Source: Octopus sinensis (Eukaryota). From it: a stretch of DNA of 64,000 nt. Below are positions 49,965-62,628 of the stretch, in pieces. The first letter of the stretch is position 1, and every line of letters starts with the position of its first letter. Below the pieces are notes generated by a model. It was not told the DNA's origin, ran no database searches, and worked only from the letters and a program-made list of their open reading frames with translations. The DNA is taken from positions 51,336,001-51,400,000 of the forward strand of contig NC_043006.1 of assembly GCF_006345805.1 (NCBI RefSeq), in the 5' to 3' direction. The position numbers were made by a program, and so were the translations under genes.

Positions 49965-50960
49965 CATTTAACGCCTGCTTTCCATGCTGGCATGGGTTAG
50001 ATGGTTTGACTGGAACTAGTAAGCTGGAGAGCTGTACAAGGTTCCAGTCTGATTTGGCATGGTTTCTATGGCTGGATGCTCTTCCTAATGCCAACCACTC
50101 CAAGAATGTAATGTGTGCTTTTTACATGTGACTAGCATGACTGCTATTTACATGACACTAGCAATATCCATGACAGCAGTTTCCCTTGGCTGGATGAGTC
50201 TTCTCAAGCAGAGCATATTGCTATGGTCTTGGTTACTTGTCATTGCTTCTGTGAGCTCCAACATTCGAAGATCATGCTTCATCACCTTGTCTCTTGTCTC
50301 TGTGAGGCCCAGCATTCAAAGATCATGCTACCAGCAATGGCCATGATTATGATTTCACATGTGCCATTTGCGTGACACCAGCAACAGCCACAACTATGAT
50401 TTCACTTGACCTGACAGATTTTCTCAAGCACAGCATACCACCAAAAGACTTGGTCACTAGTCATTACCTCCACGAAGCCCAAAATTTGAAGGTCATGCTT
50501 CACCAGCTTGTCCCATGTCTTCTTGGGTCTACCTCTTCCACAGGTTCCTTCCACAGTTAGAGATTAGCACTTTACACAGCTGTTCTCATCCATACACATC
50601 ACATAACCATACCAGTACATTTGTCTTTCTTGCTCACCATATTTGATGCTTCTTATGCTCAGCATTTCTCTGAAGACACTTACACTCTGTCATACATGCA
50701 CATTGACATTGCACATCCAGTGAAGACTATTAGCCTCATTTCTTTCAAGCCTTCACATATCCTCTGTGGTCACAGTTATGCTTCACTGCTGTGGAGCATG
50801 GCTGTTCACACACAGGCAACATACTGTCTGCATTTCTGTCTAAGGGAGAGGCCTTTTGTTACCAACAGAAGCAGAAGCTCTCTGAACTTTGCCCAGACTA
50901 TTCTTATTTTAGCAGCTATGCTCTTGGAGCATCCACCTCCACTACTGACTTGGCCACCTA
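49965..50960 (-). mobile_element. Older 5'-truncated RTE copy (RT C-terminus plus tail)
   Basis: GGQVSSGGGCSKSIAAKIRIVWAKFRELL... in ORF 50806-51069, homologous to the RT end of 38174-39817. Confidence 0.8.
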
Positions 50961-51234
50961 ATGGCATTTCATCTGTCTTTATGTCTGTGTTCAAATTCCA
51001 CCAAAGTCGACTTTGCCTTTCATCCTTTTGGAGTAGATAAAATAAGTACCAGTTGCATACTGGAGTCAATCTAATTGACTTGCTCCCGCCTTCAAAATTC
51101 TGGATCTGGTGCCTATAGTAGAAAAGGATGAAATAAGTACCAGTTTAACACTGGGGTTAATGTAATCAACTTAATCCCTTCCCAAAATTGCTGGCCTTGG
51201 GCCAAAATTCGAATTATTATTATTATTCAGTAGT

Positions 51235-51740
51235 TTTAATTTTATTATGTTCTCTCACTGTATTACCAAGTGCATCTCTATGTCTTGGCTCTATGTTGTG
51301 GCTTGTATTAGTGTTGTTATTTTTACTGAATTGAAAGTACTATACATAGGAAATGGGTGGTGCCTAGTAGTGCTATTTTCTGTATGCTATATATATTCAT
51401 AAGTCCTTATATTTTGGTTATGTATTTGTCTGCATGTTTTTTAACCCTGCCTAATGCACCTATTATTATAGGCATTACTTCTGCCTTCAGGGTTTACATT
51501 CAGGTTACCTCAATTTCTAGATCTTTGTTCAAGAATTTTTATTTGTTTTTTAGTGATAGATTATCTGTTGGAACTGATATGAGAATTAGAAGGCATTTTT
51601 TCTAAGTGGTCTCTAACAACAGTATCTGTATCTGTGTGTATTGGCCTATCCATAATGTAGATTGTTCTGTTGGTGTTGACTGGAAAATCCCAGAGGACAG
51701 TGACATTTTTAACTTCAATGACTGGCTCAGGATGATGTTC
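51235..51740 (-). mobile_element. R4/Dong-like 3' fragment (RLE endonuclease end plus 3' UTR, (AAT)n tail)
   Basis: Minus-strand translation KDLEIEVT...VMPIIIGALG...IQKIALLGTTH. Ends ...ctactgaataataat. Confidence 0.7.
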
Positions 51741-52874
51741 ATACTAGTAAGCAAGAGTGCTGATTTTGTAGTGTTTACATACTTTCATCATCATCATCAT
51801 CATTATTGTTGTTGTTGTTGTTGTTATCATTATTATTATTGAGTGAGAGAGCAGTGCATGCCATCAAAGTGACACTGGGATAAAATATACGAAGCCCAGT
51901 ATACCCATCTGATAAGGGTAAACCGGGCACATGCATCACAACCATATGTGCATGACATGGTGATCTCATATCAAGATAAACAGCGCATGCATGACCTTGC
52001 AGGTAGGGCCCAGTTAGCATTTTCTTCTGGTCAAGTAGCCCATCCCGCTCAAAAGGTCCCTGAATTGTTTAATGATGTTGAACAAAACACCCATGTTTCC
52101 AAAGGTGAATTATCCAAACCTCTAAGAATTCCTTTCAACACACGGCTATGATGCTCCCCCTCTACTTCTGCTCATGATCAGAGATGCACATATCATCAGC
52201 CACTAAAGGACATGTTCAGCTGGTTAAGGTCAAACAACTGACAAGCAAATCTGTGGTATTGAGCAGAATATTTGCTGTAGCCCATCTTTTATACCAAGAC
52301 AAAAAAAATGTACATGATAGTGCTTCCAATCAGTTAAGATCAGAAGCCATGAGAGCTACTGTCTGGTACTGCATCAGGGCATTCATCATCATCATCATCA
52401 TCATCATCACCATCACCATCACCATCATCATCATCATCATCATTATTATTATTATTATTATTATTATTTTTATTATGGGAGGTGCTGCCTTCTAGTATGT
52501 TTATCAAAAGGTGGTGGACAGTGGCAAGACTGGTGAGACTGAATGGATCTACTACTCTGAATACACTTTTCTAAGCAGGAGGGAAGAAACTGGGAGAGGG
52601 CACTTTACCATGCCTTGGAGATGGCTGAGTAATCCAGGGTTTTTGTGTGGGGTTTACCCCAGATTACTCTAAGTGAACTACCCCACTATTGGGGATTCTA
52701 TTTATTATTATTCATTTCTCTACTTTCTATCATATATCCTCTGTTATATCCTTTAATGAAGTAGTATCTCCCCTTGATTGATGTTAACCCCACATGTTTT
52801 TGTAATCTTTTGCACTGTAACTTATCCTTCGATATTGTCCTCCATGTCTTGGGCCCTTGTGACCAATAAAAGAA

Positions 52875-53310
52875 ATCATTATCGTTATTCAGTAGCCTTG
52901 TTTTTATTACATGCTTTCACTGCACTACTGAGCACAGTTCTGTGTGCCTTGGGTATGTGCTGTGGTTTCTTGTGATGCTGTTATTTTTACTGTATTGAAA
53001 GTGTTTTATGTAGGATGTGTGTGGTGCCTATTAGTGCTGTTTTCTGTATGTTATGTATACTTGTTGGTCCTGATGTTTTTGCTATGTATTTGAATATCTT
53101 TTTATCACACCTAATGCACCTACTATGATAGGAAATGTTTCTGCTTTTAGACTCCACATTCGAGTTACATCTAATTCCAGATCTTTGTATTTTGAAAGTT
53201 TCTCTGTTTCTTTTAGAGAAACATTGTCGTCAGTTGGTATTGATACATTGATTAGAAAGCATTTTTTTCTTGATGATCTAATAACTATATCCAGGCTTTT
53301 AACCTTAATT
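52875..53310 (-). mobile_element. Second R4/Dong-like 3' fragment
   Basis: Homologous to 51235-51600 (KDLELDVTRMWSLKAETFPIIVGALG...QKTALIGTTH), with the same ...ctactgaataa end. Confidence 0.7.
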
Positions 53311-53410
53311 TCTCTATCTCTATATCTGGCCTATTGGCCTTAATTTCTCTAACTCTATATCCAGCCTATTGGCCTTAGTTTCTCTATCTTTATCACCATC
53401 ATTATCATCA

Positions 53411-53475
<65 letters not shown>

Positions 53476-53660
53476 TAGGTGGCAGTCTGGTAGAATCATT
53501 AGCACACCAGGCAAATGCTTTGCAGTATTTCATCTGTCTTTATGTTTTGAGTTCAACTTGCCTTTCATCTTTTTGGAGTTGACAAAATAAGTACCAGTTG
53601 AGCACTGGGGTCACCCCTTCCCTTGAACTTGCTGGCCTTCTACCAATATTTGAAACCATC
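53476..53660 (+). mobile_element. SINE family B following an (ATT)n tract
   Basis: Same consensus; directly after (ATT)n at ~53412-53475. Confidence 0.7.
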
Positions 53661-53669
53661 ATCACTGTC

Positions 53670-53925
53670 ATCATCAATAGTAATAATAGTAGTAGTGGTG
53701 GTGGTGTGGTGGTGGTTACAATAGTGGAGGTGGTTGTGGTAGTTGTGATAGTGGTGGTGGTTATGGTGGTGGTGGCAGCAGCTGTAGCAGCAGTGGTGGT
53801 GGTAGCAATACCCGCAGCAGCAGAAGCAGCAGTGGCAACAGCAGTGGCAGCAACAGTGGCGAAAACAGCAGCATCAGCAGTAGTAGCTGTAGTAGCTGTA
53901 GTAGCAGTAGGATCATTATTATTAA
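53670..53925. repeat. Compound trinucleotide repeat (GTG/GCA/GTA)
   Basis: Direct inspection. Confidence 0.9.
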
Positions 53926-54101
53926 AAAATAGCATTGGATTGGCAAAATCATTCAAGTGTTGGAAAAAAGGTCTTGCACTGTCTTTTTTTTGGCTTTTTA
54001 TGTTCACAGTTCAAATACCGCCAAGGTCAACTTTGCCTGTCATCCTTCTTTGGTCAATAAAATAAAGTACCAGTCAAGTATTGGGCTCAAATTAATCAAA
54101 T

Positions 54102-54488
54102 AGGCTTAGAAGTGGCTGTGTGGTAAGTAGCTTGCTTACCAACCACATGGTTCCAGGTTCAGTCCCACTACGTGACACCTTGGGCAAGTGTCTTCTACTA
54201 TAGCTTCGGGCCGACCAAAGCCATGTGAGTGGATTTGGTAGACAGAAAATGAAAGAAGCCCGTCGTATATATGTATATATGTGTATGTGTGTGTATATGT
54301 TTGTGTGTCTGTGTTTGTCCCCCCAACATCGCTTACATTGCCGTAACTTATCGGTCCGGCATAAGAGACTGATAGAATAAGTACTAGGCTTACAAATAAT
54401 AAGTCCTGGGGTCGATTTGCTTGACTAAAGGTGGTGCTCCAGCATGGCTGCAGTCAAATGACTGAAACATGTAAAAGAGTAAAAGAGT
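54102..54488 (+). mobile_element. SINE family A, full length
   Basis: Same consensus as the other copies. Confidence 0.88.
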
Positions 54489-55122
54489 AAATAATTTCTC
54501 AGAACCAATCCTTAGCCTTGCTTCTATATTAGAAATTATTATTGTTATTAGCAAAAGTACAGTCAAGTAATGGAGTTGGATTTAAATAAGTAATCCCTTT
54601 CAACTAATTATCTGGTCTCCTATGTGTGTAAGACCTTATTGTATTGTAAACAGCTGACAGTTTCAGTATCAAATACAGTTTTCCTTTTCTGAAGCTAGAA
54701 AATGATTTTAAAACATTCAGCTCTATAAAAATAAACACAGTCCAGAAATAATAAATAAATAAATAAAAAGGTTACATAGAAGGGTTAGAAAACACATGAT
54801 ATGAGAATGACAAAATAGGTTTTAACCCAGTTAACTAAGGAGTTGATATTGTTTGATTTCTCACAATTATTATGTTAGTTCCCGTATGTATAATTAGAAG
54901 AGCACATTGTTATTGTCTTACAAAAGCAACCTATAGATACAAAACTTGCTCCAGGATATAACTCACAAGTGTATCATAAGCACAACATAAAGCACCAAGT
55001 TGTCTGCTTGGTAAAAATTCTATTGTTATAATGTTTGCTCTCTTTCAACTATAAATAACACTTTTTGTGTATTAATTCAAATTTTAGTTTAACTGTTGTT
55101 GGACTAATGGTTTTCTAGTAAT

Positions 55123-55153
55123 ACATACACACATACATACATACATACATACA

Positions 55154-55187
<34 letters not shown>

Positions 55188-55307
55188 CATACATACATAC
55201 ATACATACATACATACATACCTACATACATACATACATACAACATACATACATACATACATACATACAACATACATACATACATACATACATACATACAT
55301 ACATAGA

Positions 55308-55339
<32 letters not shown>

Positions 55340-55790
55340 CATACATACATACATACATACATACATACATACATACATACATACATACATACATACATAC
55401 ATACATCATACATACATACATACATTCATACATACATACATACTACATACATACATACATACATACATACATACATACATACATACATACATACATACAT
55501 ACATGCATGCATACATACATACATACATACATACATACATACATACATACATACATACATTCATACATACATACATACATACATACATACATACATACAT
55601 ACATACATTCATGCATGCATGCATGCATGCATGCTGCATGCATGCATGCATACATACATTATATACACATGTACATGCACACACATACACACATACATAC
55701 ATACATACATACATACATACATACATACATACATACATACATAATACATACATACATACATACATACATACATACATAGACAGACAGACA
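55123..55790. repeat. Long (ATAC)n microsatellite with (GCAT)n interruptions
   Basis: Direct inspection. It produces the spurious MYVC/HTYI ORFs. Confidence 0.98.
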
Positions 55791-56291
55791 GATCAGGTAT
55801 AGTCCCAGAAATTTTTGAAGGGAGGGCACAAGGTCAGAAGGGAATACAATTCCAGGAGAAAAGGGTGTAATAACATTATTTTGAAGGGCGCACATCTTTT
55901 CTGGAGGGGGACATGTGCCCTCTTGGCTCCTCCCCTTAGGTCCATTTTTATAGATAGATAGATAGACAGATAGACAGAACTATAATGTAGAACAAACAGC
56001 ATGTTGTGTTATTAAAGAAAATGACATGAGTCAGGAAAAATGATGTCTTTCTAGGTGTTTCTAATAGACAAGAAAATATTGAGTGCAGCAATTTTAATAT
56101 TGATGTAATACAGAAAAGTGATGGTAGTCATGGTGGTGATGGAGCGGTGATAGTGGTGGTAGTGGTTCAGCTGCTGCTGCTACTGTTACCAATTGCTTGT
56201 ATGTATGCAAACGCACATGCATACATACATTATATACACATGTACATGCACACACATACACACATACACAGATACATCTACATACACACAC

Positions 56292-56324
<33 letters not shown>

Positions 56325-56388
56325 GATATAACACACTCTCACAAGAACACAAATGCATTAATATACATGTTATGTATATGTAATATAA

Positions 56389-56432
<44 letters not shown>

Positions 56433-56606
56433 TATCGACATAACACACACCCTCACAAGATGCAAATACATTAATTTACATTATATATATATATATATGT
56501 ATGTATATGTATATATACACACATATATAAACGTATATATATATATGTATATATACACACATATATATACATATATATATATTTTTATATATATATATAT
56601 ATATAT

Positions 56607-56765
56607 TATATAAATTAGAGACAAAACCACTATTATGCAAATCAAACAAAGAAAGACTTAATCCAATACATAAATTAATTTATATAATTAAGAAATTTAA
56701 CAATTATTAATATCCACTACGATCGTTTCATGTCTTCTTTTCATCACATCTTTGAGTGGTAGACA
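56607..56765 (-). mobile_element. Penelope-like 3' fragment in (TA)n with a degenerate hammerhead-like motif (56714-56759)
   Basis: CCAC/GTGG stem I, TCAAAGA degenerate core, GAAA, palindromic ACGATCGT stem III, followed by an AT-rich tail ending ttttgtctctaattta(ta)n. Confidence 0.45.
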
Positions 56766-56826
56766 TATATGTATATATATATTATGTATATATAGATATA
56801 CATACATACATACACACTCACATTAT

Positions 56827-59800
56827 ATGGTCACGTTGGACGACATGCTGGGGGCTTCCATGGCGTACATGGAGGCTATGGCTATGGTTCCTGCAACGAG
56901 GAGGGAGCCAGGCTGCTGGAGTTCTGCGATGCAAATAATCTTATGATTTGCAACATTAACTTCAGGAAACCTACCAGCCACCTAGTCACCTACCGATCAG
57001 GCCAACATACCAGCCAAATTGACTACACCCTTGCCAGGCAAAGGGAGAGATGGCTACTTATAAATGCCAAAACCTTCCCAGGTGAAGAATGTACCCCACA
57101 ACATAGACTGGTAGTTAGTGACTTTAGGATCAGGACTAGGAGGACAACCAGAAGATGACCAACATGGAGAAGAAGGATCTGGAAGCTTAAAGATCCTGCG
57201 AATGGACAGAGATTTAGGGACATGCTACTTGAAGCCTTTGACGAAGTAGTAGGGGATAGAGTATCACATGGGGTAGAGGGCGACTGGACGTTTCTAAGGG
57301 ACAACCTGCTGAGAGCCACTGACCAGATCTGTGGCTGGTGCAAAGTCCCCTCTCGTCCCAAGGTTACGTGGTGGTGGAACAGTGTTGTAGACAGGGCTAT
57401 TAGAGAAAAGAGACAGACTTGCAAACACTGGAAGAATGGTGGTTGCAGGGAATTGTATCAGACTGCTAGAAGGGAAGCTAGGAGACAGGTGTATTTAGCC
57501 AGAGGGGAAGCAGATAAGAAAAAATTTGCCAATGTTCTGCACCGTGAGGACCAAAGACTGGAGGTGTTTCGCGTTGCAAGACAGTGTGTGAGAGAGAATT
57601 GTGATGTGGTAGGAGAGAAGTGTGTTCGCATGGAAGATGGTTCACTTGCGCTAAATGAGGATGCAAAGAGAGAGGTTTGGAGACGCCACTATGAAAGGTG
57701 GCTGAATAAAGAAAATGAATGGGATAAAGAGAGTCTGCCGAATGTTGACCCAACAGAGGGACCAGCTATCAGAGTTGATAGTTCCTTGGTAGTTAAGGCA
57801 ATTAGAAGCAATTATTTAGCCAGAGGGGAAGCAGATAAGAAAAAATTTGCCAATGTTCTGCACCGTGAGGACCAAAGACTGGAGGTGTTTCGCGTTGCAA
57901 GACAGTGTGTGAGAGAGAATTGTGATGTGGTAGGAGAGAAGTGTGTTCGCATGGAAGATGGTTCACTTGCGCTAAATGAGGATGCAAAGAGAGAGGTTTG
58001 GAGACGCCACTATGAAAGGTGGCTGAATAAAGAAAATGAATGGGATAAAGAGAGTCTGCCGAATGTTGACCCAACAGAGGGACCAGCTATCAGAGTTGAT
58101 AGTTCCTTGGTAGTTAAGGCAATTAGAAGCATGAAGACAGAGAAAGCCCCAGGCCCATCAGGTATCACTGCAGAGATGCTCAAAATATCTGGTAGTGTCG
58201 GCTATAGTCACCCGTATAGTTAATCAGGTGATACACGAAGGAGTGTCAACTGCTACAAAGGTAAAGGTGACGCCCTAGATACAAATAATTACAGAGGTAT
58301 CAAGCTGTTGGATCAGGTGATGAAGGTTACAGAGAGGGTCATAGCCCAACTAATTAGAGAGAGAGTTAGTTTAGATGAGATGCAGTTTGGGTTCGTGCCA
58401 GGGAAAAGTACCACTGATGCTATATTCCTGGTAAGGCAGCTGCAGGAGAAATACCTAGCCAAAGATAAGCCCCTGTACCTGGCTTTTGTTGACATGGAGA
58501 AAGCCTTCAACAGGGTCCCCCGATCCCTCATCTGGTGGTCAATGAGGAAACTAGGGATAGATGAATGGTTAGTGAGAGCTGTGCGAGCCATGTACAGGGA
58601 CGCTGCTAGTAAGGTGAGGGTTGGCAACGAGTACAGTGAAGAATTCCGGGTAGAGGTAGGGGTCCACCAAGGCTCAGTCCTCAGCCCCCTCCCATTTATC
58701 ATAGTCCTCCAAGCAATAACAGAGGAATTCAAGACAGGATGCCCCTGGGAGCTCCTCTATGCTGATGACCTTGCTCTAATTGCTGAGTCACTATCAGAAC
58801 TGGAGGAGAAGTTTCAGGTGTGGAAGCAAGGTTTAGAAACGAAGGGCCTTAGAGTCAATCTAGCTAAAACCAAAGTCGTAATAAGTAGGAAGGTAGACAA
58901 ATCACAAACGCCTTCAGGTAGATGGCCCTGCTCGATCTGTAGAAAAGGTGTAGGTATAAACTCTGTAAGATGCACCAAGTGTAAGCTATGGATACATAAG
59001 AGGTGCAGCAATGTCAAAGGAAGGCTAACTAGGAAGATGGTTTTTGTATGCGGCAGATGCTCGGGAGCATTAACCTCTGAAAATCTGCAGAAAACAACTT
59101 CTGTCACTTTCCAGGGGGAAAAACTAGAAGTAGTTGATAGCTTCCGTTATCTTGGTGACCAAGTCAGTAGTTGGGGTGGGTGTGCTGAAAGTGTAATGGC
59201 TAGAGTAAGAATAGCCTGGGCAAAGTTTAGGGAGCTCTTACCTCTGCTGATGACTAAAGGCCTCTCGCTCAGAGTAAAAGGCAGACTGTATGATGCATGT
59301 GTACGAACAGCCATGCTACATGGCAGTGAAACATGGGCCGTGACTGCTGAGGACATGCGTAAGCTCGCAAGAAATGAAGCCAGTATGCTCCGATGGATGT
59401 GTAATGTCAGTGTGCATGCTCAACAGAGCGTTAGTACACTGAGAGAAATGTTGGACCTAAGGAGCATCAGTTGTGGTGTGCAAGAGAGACGATTGCGCTG
59501 GTACGGTCATGTGGCGAGAATGGATGAAGATAGGTGTGTGAAAATGTGCCAATCCCTAGCAGTGGAGGGAACCCGTGGAAGAGGTAGACCCAGGAAAACT
59601 TGGGACGAAGTGGTGAAGCACGACCTTCGAACTTTAGGTCTCACTGAGGAAAAGACCAGCGACCGAGACCTTTGGAAATATGCTGTGCATGAAAAGACCA
59701 GGCAGGACAAGTGAGTCCAGCCCACTTATGCATGCCTTTCCTCCCTTGGACACACAAAGACCTGTTGAGGCAAGCAAAGTCGATATCAAACCTCATCCAA

Positions 59801-60260
59801 CGACAGGCACCTATGCTTGCGAAGACCTGTTGGGGCAAGTGAAATCGGAATCGAAATTGAACCAATCCTATGACTGGCACCCGGCAGATGCCAGGACCCC
59901 TGGACTGGAGATACGTAAAAAGCACTATCCGAATCGTGGCCGATGCCAGCGCCGCCTCGACTGGCTTCCGTGTCAGTGGCACGTAAAAAGCACCATCCGA
60001 ATCTTGGCCGAAGCCAGTGCCGCCTCGACTGGCTTCCATGCAGGTGGCACGTAAAATGCACCAATCCGACCGTGGCCGTAAAAAGCACCCACTACACTCA
60101 CGGAGTGGTTGGCATTAGGAAGGGCATCCAGCTGTAGAAACATTGCCAGATAAGACCGGAGCCTGGTGCAGCCTTCTGGCTTCCCAGATCCCCGGTCGAA
60201 CCGTCCAACCCATGCTAGTATGGAGAATGGACGTTAAATGATGATGATGATGATGATGAT
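56827..60260 (+). mobile_element. RTE-clade LINE, 5'-truncated, inactivated copy of the same family
   Basis: Begins inside APE (NGHVGRH region). RT ORF 58308-59714 is highly similar to 38174-39817. Premature stop at ~57156, small deletions at ~58205 and ~58245, a 321-bp internal duplication, and a (GAT)n tail at ~60239-60260. Confidence 0.95.
57492..58131 (+). repeat. In-frame 321-bp tandem duplication inside RTE copy 2
   Basis: 57492-57810 repeats identically at 57813-58131 with a 2-nt 'at' junction. The translation repeats YLARGEADKK...VVKAIRS. Confidence 0.95.
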
Positions 60261-60519
60261 ATATATATATATATATATATATATATTGCATGTGAGTATT
60301 TGTGTGTCATCATCATCATCGTTTAACATCTGTCTTCCATGCTAGCATGGGTGGGATGGCCTGGCTGGCTCTTGTGGTACCGTCCCACTCAGACTAGCAT
60401 GGAAGATGGATGGTAAATGATGATGATGATGATGACACATGCATATATATCTGTATACATGTGTATGTGTATGCATATGTACGATGCGAATATGTATATG
60501 CATGAGTATGGACATATGA

Positions 60520-60546
60520 AAGTGTGTATGTCTGTATATCTATCTG

Positions 60547-60623
<77 letters not shown>

Positions 60624-60672
60624 GTCTGTCTATCTGTCTGTCTGTATATACCTATGTACGTATATATGTATG

Positions 60673-60715
<43 letters not shown>

Positions 60716-60733
60716 GTGTGTGTGTGTGTGTGT

Positions 60734-60809
<76 letters not shown>

Positions 60810-60815
60810 CATATT
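60520..60815. repeat. Compound (TATC)n/(TA)n/(TG)n microsatellite
   Basis: Direct inspection. Confidence 0.95.
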
Positions 60816-61097
60816 CTTCACTTCATTTTTTTTTTCTCCTCATATTTTCTTTGAATGTTATATCCATAAAAGAAACAGTACTCTGATTTCCATATTTCAA
60901 AAACTGTTCCAGATAAAACAACTTACTCAAAACATTCATATACCTTTATTGATTATCTTTTAGCTATGTAATAATTATATTGTTAATGATGTTTGCACTT
61001 AAGCTATGGAAACAGCCATAGAGCAAAACAAATGAAATTTTTACATACCATTGAGATCTTTTATTTTCTATTCTTCCATATACATATTCCTCGACAA

Positions 61098-61145
<48 letters not shown>

Positions 61146-61194
61146 TATATACATAAAAAATCATTGTCATCGTCATCATCATCATCATCATTTA

Positions 61195-61625
61195 ATGTCC
61201 AGCATGGGTTTGATGATTTGAGCAGGACTGGCATGCTGGACAGTTGCACCAGGCTCTAGCTGTCTGTTTTGGCTTAGATTCTACAGCTGGAAACCCTTCT
61301 TAACACCAACCACTTTACAGAGAGTACTGGGTTTTCTTACAAGAAACTGGCAATGACTGTGGTTCACTAAGCTTGATGTGTCCTTTCAAGCACAGCAAAC
61401 CATCAGAAGTTTCAGTCCCTTGTCATTGCCTCCATGAGGTTCAACAACTGAAGATCATATTTCACCACTTCATCTCATGTCTTCTTGGGTCTACCCTTTC
61501 CACAAGTTACCTCCAAAATTAGAGATTGGCATTTCTTTACACAGCTGGTCACATCTATAGGCATCACATGACCATACCAACACAGGTTTCTCTCTTGCAC
61601 AGTACATCTGATGTCTCTCATACTC
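61195..61625 (-). mobile_element. Old RTE 3' fragment
   Basis: cttcttgggtctaccc...gaccataccaacacagg...tctctcttgcac block homologous to the RT end, plus tail. Confidence 0.65.
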
Positions 61626-61630
61626 AATTA

Positions 61631-61676
<46 letters not shown>

Positions 61677-61677
<1 letters not shown>

Positions 61678-61852
61678 CAAATTGAGATAGGGGTTGTGAG
61701 TGCAACCCACCATGGGATAACATATATCCAATATATTGCTAGTAAAGCACCCAACAAATTTAATACATAAATGTTAAGAATTGCGATGCAATTAATTCAT
61801 TTACTGTATTATATGGGCAAAAGTAAAATGTTTTACCACAAATTAATAATAC
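61677..61852 (-). mobile_element. Probable Penelope-like 3' tail fragment in (TA)n
   Basis: Minus-strand end ...cctatctcaatttgtaat(at)n resembles the other tails. Hairpin GGGTTG-N6-CAACCC near the end. No HHR found. Confidence 0.3.
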
Positions 61853-62628
61853 TGTAGTGCGTGCGAGATTCGAATATAACAGCACCTACCTTCTCTTCGC
61901 TCTGATAGAGACCCTTCAGTGGTAATGGATCCTTCATCACAGCCCCGACCCAAACGCTAAAGATAGCAGCTGCTTCACCCAACCTTAGCAATGTCTTCAC
62001 ACGTCTTAACACCTCGACGACCCTCGTTTGAAAGGCCGAAATCGCCGCTCCCTGCGCACGCTTCACGGCTGCCCCTTCTGGTTGCCCCAACTGCCAGTCA
62101 ATGCACCCAGCTGCTGACGTCATCCCACACGCCACCCTGATCTTAAAGATCACAATCTCTCCGCTCCGTGTCATAGTCCACCATCCAACCGGGAGGGCGC
62201 CTTGTGCATCGAGATCTTCTCAAGCTGGGCACCTCGTTCTCCCCCTCTCCAGAATCGTCGTCCGTCGAAGCGACAATCCTGCGAAGACATGTCGCAGCAT
62301 TCCATCTACGGAGACGTTGTTTCTGGAATTGACCGCTGTCACCGTTCCTCTGCTCTATTGAGACGTACAGCGCGCCTTTGGTGGCTTAACCCAGACTTCC
62401 TCCCATATTTTCATGCGAACGGGTCCCTTCTCTTCCTTGTGACCTTCCGGCGCTTTGCTCGGGTGCCTCCATTCATATTTGAACACAGCTCTCTGTGGCA
62501 CAGATTCCTCAGCTTGTCCGGATCGGGGAGACAAGTTGTACCAAAAAACTGCTTCAAGCGGCGAAATGTGCCCTCTTTCCTCTATGGCCTTGACTGTCCG
62601 ATGGTGCCTCTCCACGACCCCGTGAAAC
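61853..62628 (-). mobile_element. Gypsy/Ty3 LTR retrotransposon 3' end: integrase C-terminus, PPT-like tract and 3' LTR (~61853-62129)
   Basis: GVVERHHRTVKAI...AVFWYNLSPR...EEVWVKPP...VDG integrase/GPY-F-like sequence (ORF 62355-62630). Purine-rich AGGGTGGCG precedes TGTGGG at 62129; the putative LTR ends CTACA at 61853. Confidence 0.8.

Noticed and set aside
53320-54065. Poly-N, poly-L, poly-T/A and poly-V ORFs
   Set aside because: Trinucleotide repeat tracts; not protein genes.
55084-56613. Many ORFs of MYVC/HTYI/YI repeats
   Set aside because: Translations of (ATAC)n and (TA)n microsatellites; no coding signal.
61833-62174. 113-aa minus-strand ORF
   Set aside because: It spans the putative Gypsy LTR; no protein motifs.
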